Below are positions 48,002-60,085 of a stretch of DNA of 64,000 nucleotides, piece by piece. The notes beneath the pieces were generated by a model. It made no database searches, was not told the origin of the DNA, and saw only the letters and a list, made by a program, of their open reading frames with translations. Source of the stretch: Tagaea sp. (GTDB taxonomy: Bacteria > Pseudomonadota > Alphaproteobacteria > CACIAM-22H2); NCBI GenBank assembly GCA_965279525.1, contig CBDIIB010000004.1, positions 1,296,736-1,360,735 of the forward strand. The letters are read 5' to 3'. How positions within the stretch are numbered: position 1 is the stretch's first letter; each line of letters begins with the position of its first letter. A program made the position numbers and the translations under genes.

Positions 48002-48880
48002 CTAACGCAGGCGCCGCGACTGCGCCGCCGGGGCGGCGAGCGGCAGCGTGCCGCCCGTGCCGTAATCGACGACGCGCAGGTAATCGAGCCGGTGGAAATC
48101 GACGAACGGCTTGACGCGCACGCCTTGCTCGCCGTTCTGCACGACCACGCCCACCGGTAGGCCCGGCGGGAACACGCCGCCATGGCCCGACGTGACGATG
48201 CGGTCGCCCAATTGCGGGCGCGCACCCGACGACAGGAACACGAGACGCGGCAGGTCGGTGTTGTCGCCGTCGAGGATCGCGCGGTCGCGGGTACCCTCGA
48301 TCATCACCGGCACGTGGCTGTTGAGGTCGGTCAGGAGCAGGACGCGCGCGGCACGCTCGCCCACCTCGCCCACGCGGCCGGCGAGGCCCGCGGGCGACAT
48401 GGCCGTGTGGCCCTTGGCGATCCCGTCGCGCCCGCCCGCGGCGATCAGCACCGAGCGCACGAACGAGCCACCGGCATCGGCCACGACGCGCGCGGTCACG
48501 TAGGTGAAGCTGGCCTCGGTGCTCGTGTGCGTCGTCTCGCGCAGCGAGCGGTTCTCGGCTTCGAGGTTGCGGGCGACCTGCTGCCAGTGCAGCAGCATCG
48601 CGTTCTGCTCGCGCAGGCGGATGTTCTCGCCGTGCACGTCGAGGAGGGCGTGGAAATTGTCGGCGATCTGGGCGGCCGTCTGCACGGGGCGCGCGATGCC
48701 GTCGAGTACCGGCACCACCGCGTCGGCCACCGACATGCGCGCGCGCTCGATGAACGGCGCTTCCGCCTTGCCCAGCACCATGAGGCCCACGGCGCCGCCC
48801 AGCAGCCCCAGGAACGCCGCACGCTGGGCCAGCACCTTCATCGGTGCCGCGATCTTCAGCGAGGGGCCCTGGCGCTTCAT
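48002..48880 (-). CDS. mreC: Rod shape-determining protein MreC
   Basis: TM, coiled coil, VTSGHGGVFPPGLPVG. Confidence 0.95.
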   Translation of the reverse strand: MKRQGPSLKIAAPMKVLAQRAAFLGLLGGAVGLMVLGKAEAPFIERARMSVADAVVPVLDGIARPVQTAAQIADNFHALLDVHGENIRLREQNAMLLHWQQVARNLEAENRSLRETTHTSTEASFTYVTARVVADAGGSFVRSVLIAAGGRDGIAKGHTAMSPAGLAGRVGEVGERAARVLLLTDLNSHVPVMIEGTRDRAILDGDNTDLPRLVFLSSGARPQLGDRIVTSGHGGVFPPGLPVGVVVQNGEQGVRVKPFVDFHRLDYLRVVDYGTGGTLPLAAPAAQSRRLR

Positions 48881-48896
48881 GGCGGTGCGGATGGCC

Positions 48897-49967
<1,071 letters not shown>

Positions 49968-50014
49968 TCAGGGTGGCGGGACGGGTCCCGTCGAATGACC
50001 GATTCTTGCGGCGG

Positions 50015-50043
50015 AATTAAGCCCAATCCCCTCCCCTTGTCGA
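50015..50043 (-). promoter_or_regulatory. Sigma70-like promoter for mreBCD-mrdA
   Basis: TCGACA-N17-TTAATT, same -35 as the tRNA promoter. Confidence 0.5.
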
Positions 50044-50171
50044 CACATCTGCACGGCAACGATTCCCGCGCGCGGCGCGCGCGGCCAAACGCGCGGGCGC
50101 GACACGAGTCGGCGAGCAGAAAGGGCGAGGGTGGTGCCGGACAGTCATGGTCTTTTTCCTTGCCGCCAGCC

Positions 50172-50347
50172 TGTGGATAACCGGTTGCACAGATGGCCGG
50201 ACGGACACGTTACCAGAAGCCCGAGAAATCTGCACAGGGACACCGGAAACTCCTTTGATTCTAGTTGCTTGGCGCCGCACCTCCGGTTTCGGGAAATAGG
50301 CGACAACCTGTTACCGTAACCTATTTAACCCTTTGAAGTTATTCACA
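50172..50347. promoter_or_regulatory. DnaA boxes TGTGGATAA (50172-50180) and TTATTCACA (50339-50347)
   Basis: Both fit TTATNCACA, in a long AT-enriched intergenic region. Confidence 0.55.
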
Positions 50348-50468
50348 TGTTACTGCAACACGCCTTTGTGCAACCGAACCTCGCCGCCCCGATCACGTTG
50401 GTAGGATTATATTGAGGTGATAGGATAAAATCAAGCGTTCTGTGTGGGCGGCGTTTCGGAGCCCCTTC

Positions 50469-50553
50469 CCGTCACCCCCGGGCTTGTCCCGGGGGTCCAC
50501 GACTTTGACGGCCCCGAAATCGTGGATGCCCGGCACGCGGCCGGGCATGACGG
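50469..50553. repeat. Alphaproteobacterial REP-like palindromic element, copy 1
   Basis: GTCA-CCCGGGCTTGTCCCGGG-TCCAC...GTGGATGCCCGG...CCGGGCATGAC double hairpin. Confidence 0.8.
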
Positions 50554-50562
50554 ACAACGCCG

Positions 50563-50604
50563 ACGAAAAACCCCGCCGGTCGCCGGGTGGGGTTTCGCGC
50601 TTCG
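50563..50604. repeat. 42-bp direct repeat copy 1 (duplicate of the ilvC terminator)
   Basis: 39/42 identical to 51254-51295. Confidence 0.85.
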
Positions 50605-50750
50605 GCATGGGCCCCCGGCCCGGAACTGGCTGGGTGTTTTCCGAACCTTCAAGCGCTCGAACGATGGCGCGATATTGCCGGCACAATGCGCAACGATTTT
50701 CGGTTGCGCTGCAAGGCGGTCAATTGCCCGCGAAATCGAGGAGACCAATC

Positions 50751-51233
50751 ATGGGCAGCATTGCCGACCGGATCAAAGACATCGGGCCGAAGCCGCAAGC
50801 GTTCGACATCGAGCACGCGACGAAGGAAAACACGAACTACCGTTCGGTCGCCTGGAGCGGGCGCTACCTGCAGGTGACGCTGATGTCGATCCCCGCGGGC
50901 AAGGATATCGGCCTTGAAGCGCATCCGGAGACCGATCAGTTCCTGCGTCTCGACGCCGGCAGCGGCCGGGTGCAGATGGGCGCCGCGAAGGACAAACTGA
51001 CTTTCGAAAAGGAAGTTTCCGACGGCTGGTGCGTGCTTGTTCCGGCGGGGACCTGGCACAACATCACCAATACCGGCACGACGCCGATGCAGGTCTATGC
51101 CATCTACGCGCCCGCCCATCACGCGCCCGACAAGGTGCAGGCGACGGCGGCGACGGCCGAAGCCGACAAGAACGACGAGCCGGCGGCATGGTCGATGCAG
51201 CCAGAAGAGCTTGTGCCCGACAAACACGGGTGA
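50751..51233 (+). CDS. Cupin domain protein
   Basis: RBS GAGGAG; IGLEAH..DQF and VPAGTWHN motifs. Confidence 0.9.
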   Translation: MGSIADRIKDIGPKPQAFDIEHATKENTNYRSVAWSGRYLQVTLMSIPAGKDIGLEAHPETDQFLRLDAGSGRVQMGAAKDKLTFEKEVSDGWCVLVPAGTWHNITNTGTTPMQVYAIYAPAHHAPDKVQATAATAEADKNDEPAAWSMQPEELVPDKHG

Positions 51234-51253
51234 TCCCCGACTGATCCGCACGA

Positions 51254-51295
51254 ACGAAAAACCCCGCCGGTCGCCCGGCGGGGTTTCGCGTTTCG
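51254..51295 (-). terminator. Rho-independent terminator of ilvC (direct repeat copy 2), probably bidirectional
   Basis: AAACCCCGCCGG-TCGC-CCGGCGGGGTTT stem with a T5 tail on the minus strand. Confidence 0.85.
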
Positions 51296-51314
51296 CAAGG
51301 ACGAAGGCGGACGG

Positions 51315-52346
<1,032 letters not shown>

Positions 52347-52399
52347 CTAAATTCCGGATATCGGTCGGGTGTTTCAGGGTCCGCCAGCGGGCGGGGTTA

Positions 52400-52912
52400 T
52401 CACATGCGCCGCTCGCCGCGCGCAATGGCGACGATGCCCGTGCGGCTCACTTCCGCAAGGCCCAGCGGGGTCATCAGGTTGACGAAGGCGTCGATCTTCT
52501 CGCCCGAGCCGGTGATCTCGAACACGAACGAACCCACGGTGGAATCGATCGTCTTGGCGCGGAAGATGTCGGCGATGCGCAGGGCCTCGATCCGGTCGTT
52601 GCCCTTGGAAATCACCTTCACCAGCGCCAGTTCGCGCGCCACGTGCGGGCCTTCCTGCGTCAGGTCCGAAACGCGGTGGACGGGTACCAGCCGGTCGAGC
52701 TGCGCCTTGATCTGCTCGATGACCATGGCCGTGCCTGACGTGACGACGGTGATGCGCGACAGGTGCGCCGACGCGTCCGTCTCGGCGACGGTCAGGCTCT
52801 CGATGTTGTAGCCGCGGCCGGAGAACAGGCCGACGACGCGGGCAAGAATGCCCGGTTCGTTGTCCACGAGCACGGCGATGGTGTGGCGTTCGGTGGGTGC
52901 GGGTGCGTTCAC
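52400..52912 (-). CDS. ilvH: Acetolactate synthase small subunit
   Basis: NEPGILARV.GLFSGRGYNIESL ACT domain; start uncertain. Confidence 0.95.
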   Translation of the reverse strand: MNAPAPTERHTIAVLVDNEPGILARVVGLFSGRGYNIESLTVAETDASAHLSRITVVTSGTAMVIEQIKAQLDRLVPVHRVSDLTQEGPHVARELALVKVISKGNDRIEALRIADIFRAKTIDSTVGSFVFEITGSGEKIDAFVNLMTPLGLAEVSRTGIVAIARGERRM

Positions 52913-52976
52913 GGGGATGAGCTTTCCGTTCGGAAGGATGGATCGGGGTGGTTCGTCGGCGGCGGGCAAAACCCGC

Positions 52977-54803
52977 CTAGACGAGGACCATCCCCTCTTC
53001 CGAAATCGGGCCGCTCTTGCCGCCGGTCGTGCCGGCCGACTTGTCGGTCGGCCCGAGGATCATCTCGTTGTGCGCGGCCCCGGACGGGATCATCGGGAAG
53101 CAGTTCTCCTTCTGGTCGACGCACATGTCGACCACGACGGGACGCTTCACCTTGATCATCTCCTTGATCACGTCGTCGACTTCCGAAAGCTTCGAGGCGC
53201 GCAGGCCCACGCAGCCGAACGCCTCGGCCAGCTTCACGAAGTCGGGCAGCGAGTCCATGTAGCTTTCCGAATAGCGCGAGCCGTGCAGCAGTTCCTGCCA
53301 CTGGCGCACCATGCCCATGTACTGGTTGTTGAGGATGAAGGTCTTCACCGGCAGCCGGTACTGAACGATCGTGCTCAACTCCTGGATGTTCATCAGGATC
53401 GAGGCTTCGCCGGCCACGTCGATGACCAGCGATTCCGGGTGCGCGATCTGCACGCCCATCGCCGCCGGCAGGCCGTAACCCATCGTGCCGAGCCCGCCCG
53501 ACGTCATCCAGCGGTTGGGCTTCTGGAACTTCATGAACTGGGCGGCCCACATCTGGTGCTGGCCCACTTCGGTCGTGATGAACACGTCGTCGCGGCCCGA
53601 CGTGATCGCCTGCAGGCGCTCGAGCGCGTATTGCGGCTTGATGTTGTCGGCGGTCGACTTGCGGTAGGCGAGGCAGTCGCGCTTGCGCCATTCCTCGATC
53701 TGCACCCACCAGTCGGCCAGCGCCTTCTTCTGCGGGGCCGCACCGGCGGCGACGCGCTTCTTCCACTCGGCGATCATCGCACGGATGATGTTGCCGGCAT
53801 CGCCCACGACCGGCACGTCGACGCGCACGTTCTTGTTGATCGACGAGGGGTCGATGTCGGCGTGGATCTTCTTGGAGCCCGGCGAGAAGGCGTTGAGGCG
53901 GCCGGTGACGCGGTCGTCGAAGCGCGCACCCAGGTTCACCATCACGTCGCAGCCATGCATCGTGAGGTTCGCTTCGTAGGTGCCGTGCATGCCGAGCATG
54001 CCCAGGAACAAGGGATCGGATGCCGGCATGGCGCCCAGCCCCATCAGCGTGCTCGTCACCGGAAAGCCGGTCAGGTGGGCGAGTTCGATCAGTGCCTTCG
54101 CGGCTTCGGGGCCGGAATTGATGATGCCGCCGCCGGAATAGAGGATCGGCTTCTTGGCGTTGATCATCAGATCGACCGCCTGCGAGATCGCGCGCGCGTC
54201 GGGCTCGGTCTTCGGCTTGTAGCTGGGGTGGGCGACTTCCGGGGCCGGCGAATAGGTGCCCTTGCCCATCAGGATGTCCTTGGGCAGGTCGATCACGACC
54301 GGGCCGGGTCGGCCGCTGCGCGCGACGTGGAAGGCCTCGTGCATGACCTTCGCGAGATTGCGGATGTCCTTCACGAGATAGTTGTGCTTCGTCGCCGGGC
54401 GCGTGATGCCGGTCGTGTCGGCCTCCTGGAACGCATCGTTGCCGATCAGGTGCGTGGGCACCTGGCCCGTCAGGCACACGAGCGGGATCGAATCCATCAG
54501 CGCGTCGACAAGGCCGGTGACCGCGTTCGTGGCACCGGGGCCCGACGTGACCAGCACGACGCCGACCTTGCCGGTCGAGCGCGCATAGCCTTCGGCCGCG
54601 TGCACGGCGCCGGCTTCGGCGCGCACCAGGATGTGGCGCAGCGCGTTCTGCTGGAAGAGCGCGTCGTAGATCGGCAGGACCGCACCGCCCGGATAGCCGA
54701 ACAGGACCTCGACGCCCTGGTCGACCAGCGCCTTGAGGACGATCTCCGAACCCGTCATCTGGGTCGTGTCCTGGGTCGTGGTCGGGGCGGGCGCGGTCGA
54801 CAT
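52977..54803 (-). CDS. ilvB: Acetolactate synthase large subunit
   Basis: FGYPGGA, TSGPGATN, VGQHQMW, GEAS..NN ThDP motif. Confidence 0.96.
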   Translation of the reverse strand: MSTAPAPTTTQDTTQMTGSEIVLKALVDQGVEVLFGYPGGAVLPIYDALFQQNALRHILVRAEAGAVHAAEGYARSTGKVGVVLVTSGPGATNAVTGLVDALMDSIPLVCLTGQVPTHLIGNDAFQEADTTGITRPATKHNYLVKDIRNLAKVMHEAFHVARSGRPGPVVIDLPKDILMGKGTYSPAPEVAHPSYKPKTEPDARAISQAVDLMINAKKPILYSGGGIINSGPEAAKALIELAHLTGFPVTSTLMGLGAMPASDPLFLGMLGMHGTYEANLTMHGCDVMVNLGARFDDRVTGRLNAFSPGSKKIHADIDPSSINKNVRVDVPVVGDAGNIIRAMIAEWKKRVAAGAAPQKKALADWWVQIEEWRKRDCLAYRKSTADNIKPQYALERLQAITSGRDDVFITTEVGQHQMWAAQFMKFQKPNRWMTSGGLGTMGYGLPAAMGVQIAHPESLVIDVAGEASILMNIQELSTIVQYRLPVKTFILNNQYMGMVRQWQELLHGSRYSESYMDSLPDFVKLAEAFGCVGLRASKLSEVDDVIKEMIKVKRPVVVDMCVDQKENCFPMIPSGAAHNEMILGPTDKSAGTTGGKSGPISEEGMVLV

Positions 54804-54843
54804 TGTCCTGTCCTTTCGGGAACGGATTTATGTTGGGGCGCGG

Positions 54844-54872
54844 AACATAAAAGCGGTGCCGCAGTGCGTCAA
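54844..54872 (-). promoter_or_regulatory. Sigma70 promoter for the ilv operon
   Basis: TTGACG-N17-TATGTT. Confidence 0.6.
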
Positions 54873-55810
54873 CGGATTTCTTTAATAAACGTGCGAATCT
54901 CTGGCATCAGACTTTCCGAATATTGCGCAGAGACAATTCTGGCCACTTTCAGCTGGCCGCGGAACCAGGTCGTCTGGCGCTTGGCGAAACGCCTTGTCGA
55001 GAACTGCAATGTCTTGATTGCACTCGATAAATCGTATTCGCCGCGCAGATGGCCGGCGAGTTCGCGCACGCCCAAGGCGCGCATCGCCGGCAACTCGTCC
55101 GACAGGCCCTGCGCGAGCAGGCCGCGCACCTCGTCGAGCGCGCCTTCCGCCACCATGCGCTCCGCGCGCGCGTCGACGGCCGCGACCTGTGCGGCGCGCG
55201 GGGGAAGGAACACCAATGTGGGCCAGTCGGCCGCGCGTGGCGGATCGGCCGCCTGATGCACGCCCAGCGGAATGCCGGTCGCGATGACCACTTCCCACGC
55301 GCGCAACACGCGCTGCGTGTCGGCCGGGCGAAGTTTGGCACCCGACGCCGGATCGCGGCGCGCGAGATCCGCGAAGAATTCCTGGTGTCCGATCTTCGCC
55401 AGCAACGCGCGCGAGGCTTCGCGCACCTCGGCCGGGATCGGCGGCACGGCCGACAGCCCCTCGACGAGCAGCTTCAGGTACATGCCTGTCCCGCCGCACA
55501 GCACGGCAAGCTTGCCCGCCTTGTTCGCCGCGTCGATCTCGCCAAGCGCCGCCGTGCGCCAGCGGCCGACCGTGCCATGCTCGGCCGCCTTCCAGATGCC
55601 GTAGAGACGGTGTGGCACGGCCGCCTCGTCGTTCGCCGATGGGCGCGCGGACAGCACGCGCAGCTCCGCGTAGACCTGCATTGAATCCGCGTTGATGACC
55701 ACGCCGTCGAATTCGCGCGCGATCGCCATCGCGGCGGCGGACTTCCCCGACGCCGTCGGCCCCGCGACGATCACCGCGCGCGGCTTGCCTTCGCGAGGCT
55801 TGGTCACCAT
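54869..55810 (-). CDS. miaA: tRNA dimethylallyltransferase
   Basis: GPTASGKS, NADSMQVY, GGTGMY, AKRQ.TW. Confidence 0.96.
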   Translation of the reverse strand: MVTKPREGKPRAVIVAGPTASGKSAAAMAIAREFDGVVINADSMQVYAELRVLSARPSANDEAAVPHRLYGIWKAAEHGTVGRWRTAALGEIDAANKAGKLAVLCGGTGMYLKLLVEGLSAVPPIPAEVREASRALLAKIGHQEFFADLARRDPASGAKLRPADTQRVLRAWEVVIATGIPLGVHQAADPPRAADWPTLVFLPPRAAQVAAVDARAERMVAEGALDEVRGLLAQGLSDELPAMRALGVRELAGHLRGEYDLSSAIKTLQFSTRRFAKRQTTWFRGQLKVARIVSAQYSESLMPEIRTFIKEIR

Positions 55811-55822
55811 ATTCGCCGTCCC

Positions 55823-56719
55823 ATGACCCATGTCCTCGTGCTGACGGCGGATCCCGCCGCCCCGATCCTCGACGATAGCAAGCTCGTAGCATTGCGCGCG
55901 AGCCTTGCGCCCGAATTCGGCGAGGCGAAAGCGCCCGCGTGGCTCGCCCCCGGCATCGCTGCCGAACTTTTCCCGCTTGCCGGCGATCCGGCGCGCATCG
56001 CGGAGCTGGCGCGTGCGGCACTCGGGCCCCTGCCCGTCGACGTCAATCTGGTGCCCGCCGAAGGCCGCCAGAAGCGCCTGCTCGTCGCCGACATGGAATC
56101 CACGCTGATCGAGAACGAGATGCTCGACGACATCGCGCATCTGCTGGGCATCGGCGAGCGCGTGTCGACGATCACGCGCCGCGCGATGAACGGCGAACTC
56201 GATTTCCGCGCGGCATTGGCCGAGCGCGTGGGCCTGCTGAAGGGCCAGCACGTGTCGATCCTCGAACGCGCGGCCGCCGGCATCAAGGCGGTCCCCGGCG
56301 GGGCCACGCTCGCGGCGACAATGAAGGCGAACGGTGCTTTGACCGCGATCGTCTCGGGCGGTTTCACGTTCTTCACGAACCGCGTGCGCGACGCGCTGGA
56401 CTTCGACCGCGACTATTCGAACGTGCTGGAGACCGCCGGCGAACATCTGGCCGGCACGGTCGCCGAGCCGGTGCTGGGCCGCGAGGCGAAGCTCGCCACG
56501 CTCGAGAAGCTCGCCGCCGAACGCGACCTGCCCTTGGAAGCCACGCTCGCCGTCGGCGACGGGGCCAACGATCTTGCGATGCTGGGGGCCGCGGGCTTCG
56601 GCGTGGCCTTCCGCGCCAAGCCGGCGGTGGCGCGCGAGGCTACCTTGCGCATCGAGCATTGCGACCTCACGGGCCTGCTCTACCTGCAGGGCTATTCGCG
56701 CGACCGGTTCGTGGGCTAG
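55823..56719 (+). CDS. serB: Phosphoserine phosphatase
   Basis: DMESTLI, VSGGF, GDGAND HAD motifs. Confidence 0.95.
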   Translation: MTHVLVLTADPAAPILDDSKLVALRASLAPEFGEAKAPAWLAPGIAAELFPLAGDPARIAELARAALGPLPVDVNLVPAEGRQKRLLVADMESTLIENEMLDDIAHLLGIGERVSTITRRAMNGELDFRAALAERVGLLKGQHVSILERAAAGIKAVPGGATLAATMKANGALTAIVSGGFTFFTNRVRDALDFDRDYSNVLETAGEHLAGTVAEPVLGREAKLATLEKLAAERDLPLEATLAVGDGANDLAMLGAAGFGVAFRAKPAVAREATLRIEHCDLTGLLYLQGYSRDRFVG

Positions 56720-56730
56720 GCTCGCCCGTC

Positions 56731-57312
56731 ATGGCCGCAACGCAACGCCTCATCGTCGGGATTTCGGGTGCCTCGGGCGCCATCTATGGCGTGCGCACGC
56801 TGCAGGCGGCGAAGAAGGCCGGCATCGAGACGCATCTGGTGCTGACCAAGACCGCCGCGATGACGCTCGCCTACGAGACCGACTGGACGGTCAAGAAGGT
56901 GCTCGCACTTGCCGACGTGGTGCATTCGTCCGACGATCTGGGGGCCGCGATCTCGTCGGGCTCGTTCCGCACGCTGGGCATGATCGTCGCCCCGTGCTCG
57001 ATGCGCTCGGTCTCCGAAATCGCCTACGGCAACACGACGGGCCTGCTGACGCGCGCCGCCGACGTGCAGTTGAAGGAAAAGCGCCGCGTCGTGCTGCTGG
57101 CGCGCGAGGCCCCCTTGCATGTGGGGCATCTGAGGGCACTGACGCAGGCCGCCGAGATCGGTGCCGTCATCCTGCCGCCGGTCCCGGCTTTCTATGCGCG
57201 CCCGACCACCATCGACGAACTGGTCGGCCACACGGTCGGCCGGGCGCTGGATCTGTTCGGGATCGAAACGGATCTCGTCCGGCGCTGGGGCGAGACCCCG
57301 CGCAAGCGCTAA
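56731..57312 (+). CDS. ubiX: Flavin prenyltransferase
   Basis: GISGASGAIYG, SSGS, APCS, RAADV.LKE.R, REAP. Confidence 0.95.
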   Translation: MAATQRLIVGISGASGAIYGVRTLQAAKKAGIETHLVLTKTAAMTLAYETDWTVKKVLALADVVHSSDDLGAAISSGSFRTLGMIVAPCSMRSVSEIAYGNTTGLLTRAADVQLKEKRRVVLLAREAPLHVGHLRALTQAAEIGAVILPPVPAFYARPTTIDELVGHTVGRALDLFGIETDLVRRWGETPRKR

Positions 57313-57313
57313 C

Positions 57314-57405
57314 CGTCATGCCCGGGCTTGACCCGGGCATCCACGACTTCGGCGGTCGTAAAGCTACAAAAGGCGTGGATGCCCGGCTCAAGGCCGGGCA
57401 TGACG
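57314..57405. repeat. REP-like palindromic element, copy 2
   Basis: GTCATGCCCGGGCTTGACCCGGGCATCCAC...GTGGATGCCCGGCTCAAGGCCGGGCATGAC between convergent genes. Confidence 0.85.
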
Positions 57406-57418
57406 ACGTGTGTACAGA

Positions 57419-58978
57419 TCACCCCGGCGGGGCGACCGGCAGGCCGACGAAGCGCTGCTCGCCGCCGCGTTCGACCATGATCAGCACCGACCGGCGGCCG
57501 GCGGTGCGCTGCTCGCGCACCTTTTCCTGCACCTGGGCCGGCTGGGTCATCTCGGTCTGCGCCACTTCGACGATCACGTCGCCGGGACGGATGCCGCGCT
57601 CCTGCGCCACCGACCCTTCGACGATGTCGGTGACGACGACACCCTTCTGCTTCTCGGGCAACTGGAAGCGCTGGCGCAGCTCCGGCGTGATCGGGGCAAG
57701 CGTCATGCCCAGGACCTCGGCCTGGCCCTGCGGCTGGGCCGGCGCCTGGCCGGGCCGCGGCGTGGCCGGGCCGCCGGCACTCGCCTGCTGCTCCTCTTCC
57801 AGTTCGCCGAGCTTCACCTCGAGCGTGACCGGCCCGCGGTTGCGCCACACTTCGACCTTCACCGCCTTGTCGACCGGCGTTTCGGCGACGAGGCGCGGCA
57901 GGCGGCGCATGTCGGTCACGTCCTTGCCGTCGAACTTGACGATGACGTCGCCCGACTTGATCTGCGCCTTGGCGGCCGGGCCGTTGTCCGGCACGCGCGC
58001 GACGAGGGCACCACGCGGCTTGTCGAGGCCCACGCCCTCGGCGATCTCGTCGGTCACCGACTGGATGTTGACGCCCAGCCAGCCGCGGCGCACGCGGCCG
58101 TCCTTGCGAAGCTGCTCGACCACGTTCTTGACGATCGCCGCCGGGATCGCGAAGCCGATCCCGACCGAGCCGCCCGTGGGCGAATAGATCGCCGTGTTCA
58201 CGCCGACCACGTCGCCCGAAAGGTTGAACAGCGGGCCGCCCGAGTTGCCGCGGTTGATCGACGCGTCGGTCTGGATGAAGTCGTCGTAGGGGCCGGCATT
58301 GATGTCGCGCTGGCGGGCCGAGACGATGCCTTGCGTGACCGAACCGCCGAGGCCGAACGGATTGCCGATCGCCACGACCCAGTCGCCCACGCGCGCCTTG
58401 TCGCTGTCGCCGAACTTGACCGCCGGCAGCGGCGATTTCGGTTCGACCTTCAGCAGGGCAAGGTCGGTGCGCTGGTCCTTGCCGACCAGCTTGGCGACGA
58501 GGCTCTGGTTGTCGTGGAAGATGACGCGGATTTCCTCGGCCCCGTCGATGACGTGGTTGTTGGTCACGACATAGCCCGACGGATCGATGACGAAGCCCGA
58601 GCCGAGCGACTGCCCGCGGCGCTGCTGGGGCTGGTCGGGACCGCGGCCCTGGCGGTCGAAGAAGTCCTTGAAGAACTCCTCGAACGGCGAGCCGGGCGGG
58701 AACTGCGGCACGTCCGGACGGCGCTGCTGGGGCTGCTGCCCTTGCGGCCCGCGCTGGCCGGGCGGCGTGCCCGGTGCGGCGGCGGCCTGCGAGGTCACGA
58801 CCTGGATGTTGACGACCGACGGCAGCAGGCGCTCGGCAAGGTCGGCGAAGGTGCTGGGAGCGAGCGTCGTGGCGACGGCGCGCGGCGGGCTGGCCGGGTT
58901 CTGCGCGAAGGCCGGTACCAGGACCGGAACCGCGAGAAGCGTCGACAGGGCGACGGTGGCGAAAACACGGGCGATCAC
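57419..58978 (-). CDS. degP: DegP/DegQ serine endoprotease with two PDZ domains
   Basis: TNNHV, TDLA, GNSGG; signal peptide. Confidence 0.93.
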   Translation of the reverse strand: MIARVFATVALSTLLAVPVLVPAFAQNPASPPRAVATTLAPSTFADLAERLLPSVVNIQVVTSQAAAAPGTPPGQRGPQGQQPQQRRPDVPQFPPGSPFEEFFKDFFDRQGRGPDQPQQRRGQSLGSGFVIDPSGYVVTNNHVIDGAEEIRVIFHDNQSLVAKLVGKDQRTDLALLKVEPKSPLPAVKFGDSDKARVGDWVVAIGNPFGLGGSVTQGIVSARQRDINAGPYDDFIQTDASINRGNSGGPLFNLSGDVVGVNTAIYSPTGGSVGIGFAIPAAIVKNVVEQLRKDGRVRRGWLGVNIQSVTDEIAEGVGLDKPRGALVARVPDNGPAAKAQIKSGDVIVKFDGKDVTDMRRLPRLVAETPVDKAVKVEVWRNRGPVTLEVKLGELEEEQQASAGGPATPRPGQAPAQPQGQAEVLGMTLAPITPELRQRFQLPEKQKGVVVTDIVEGSVAQERGIRPGDVIVEVAQTEMTQPAQVQEKVREQRTAGRRSVLIMVERGGEQRFVGLPVAPPG

Positions 58979-59191
58979 GGCAGTGACTCCTTGTTCCGTT
59001 TAATCAGAGTTCCGTTGGATCAGACCGGGACGGCGGCTTTACGAGTATGCGCCCGCCCGGACCGATCGGGACAGGGGTACATTTAGGTTGGATTGCGGCG
59101 AAATGGCGACGCGGCCGCGTGAAAAATATGGAGGACCCGGCCGATCGGGTAACGGCGCGTGACGCCGTCCCGACCGGACCGGGCTCCGGTA

Positions 59192-60085
59192 TCAGCGTGC
59201 CGCCGGACGGCCGGGCAGCGCATTGGGGCGCATTTCCCGGAAATAGCGGAAGAACTCGCTGTCGGGCGTCAGCACGATGGTCGAGTTCGAGTCCGCGAAC
59301 GTCTTCCGGTAGGCCTCGAGCGAACGCCAGAACGCGTAGAACTCCGAGTTGGCGCCATAGGCGTTGGCCGCGATCTGAGCGGCCTCGTTGTCGCCCTGCG
59401 CGCGCAGCTCGGCCGCACGCCGGTTGGCGTCGGCGAGCAGCACGGTGCGCTCGCGGTCGGCCTCGCCCCGGATGCGCTGGGCGGCTTCGGCACCCTCGGC
59501 GCGCAGCTGGGTCGCCTCGCGCACGCGCTCGGTCTGCATGCGCGCGAAGATGGCCGGCGCGTTGTCGGGGTGCAGGTCGGCGCGCATGATCCGCACGTCG
59601 ACCACCTCGATGCCGAACGCGCGGCCGGCACCCACCACGCGGGTGGTAACGTCGCGCATCAGCTCGCCTCGCCGGGGCGACAGCACCTGCTCGAACGTCA
59701 CCTGGCCGAACGCGTCGCGCGTGGCCGACTGGACGATCGAGGAAAGGCGCTGGCGCATGCCAAGCTCGGTGCGCACCGACTGGAAGAACAGCAGCGGATC
59801 GGTGATCCGGTAGCGCGCGAAGCTGTCCATCACGATGCGCGTGCGGTCGCCGAGGACCACTTCGGTCGGCTCGGCGTCGAAGTCGAGCAGGCGCTTCTCG
59901 AACAGCAGCACGTTCTGCAGGAACGGGACCTTCAGCTTGAGGCCCGGCTCCTGCACGACGCGCACGGGCGCGCCGAACTGCAGGACCATCGCCTGCTGGG
60001 ACTGGCCCACCGTGAAGAACAGCGACGTGCTGAGGACCGCGAGTGCGACGACGACGGCGCCGGAGATGATGAGGAAGCGGTTCAT
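59192..60085 (-). CDS. hflC: FtsH modulator HflC
   Basis: N-terminal TM, SPFH domain, FYAFWRSLEAY. Confidence 0.95.
   Translation of the reverse strand: MNRFLIISGAVVVALAVLSTSLFFTVGQSQQAMVLQFGAPVRVVQEPGLKLKVPFLQNVLLFEKRLLDFDAEPTEVVLGDRTRIVMDSFARYRITDPLLFFQSVRTELGMRQRLSSIVQSATRDAFGQVTFEQVLSPRRGELMRDVTTRVVGAGRAFGIEVVDVRIMRADLHPDNAPAIFARMQTERVREATQLRAEGAEAAQRIRGEADRERTVLLADANRRAAELRAQGDNEAAQIAANAYGANSEFYAFWRSLEAYRKTFADSNSTIVLTPDSEFFRYFREMRPNALPGRPAAR

Noticed and set aside
52848-55256. 802-aa ORF and similar long antisense ORFs (45718-47550, 57410-59086, 21883-23532, 28160-29896)
   Set aside because: Antisense to well-supported genes and lacking motifs; a product of GC3 bias.
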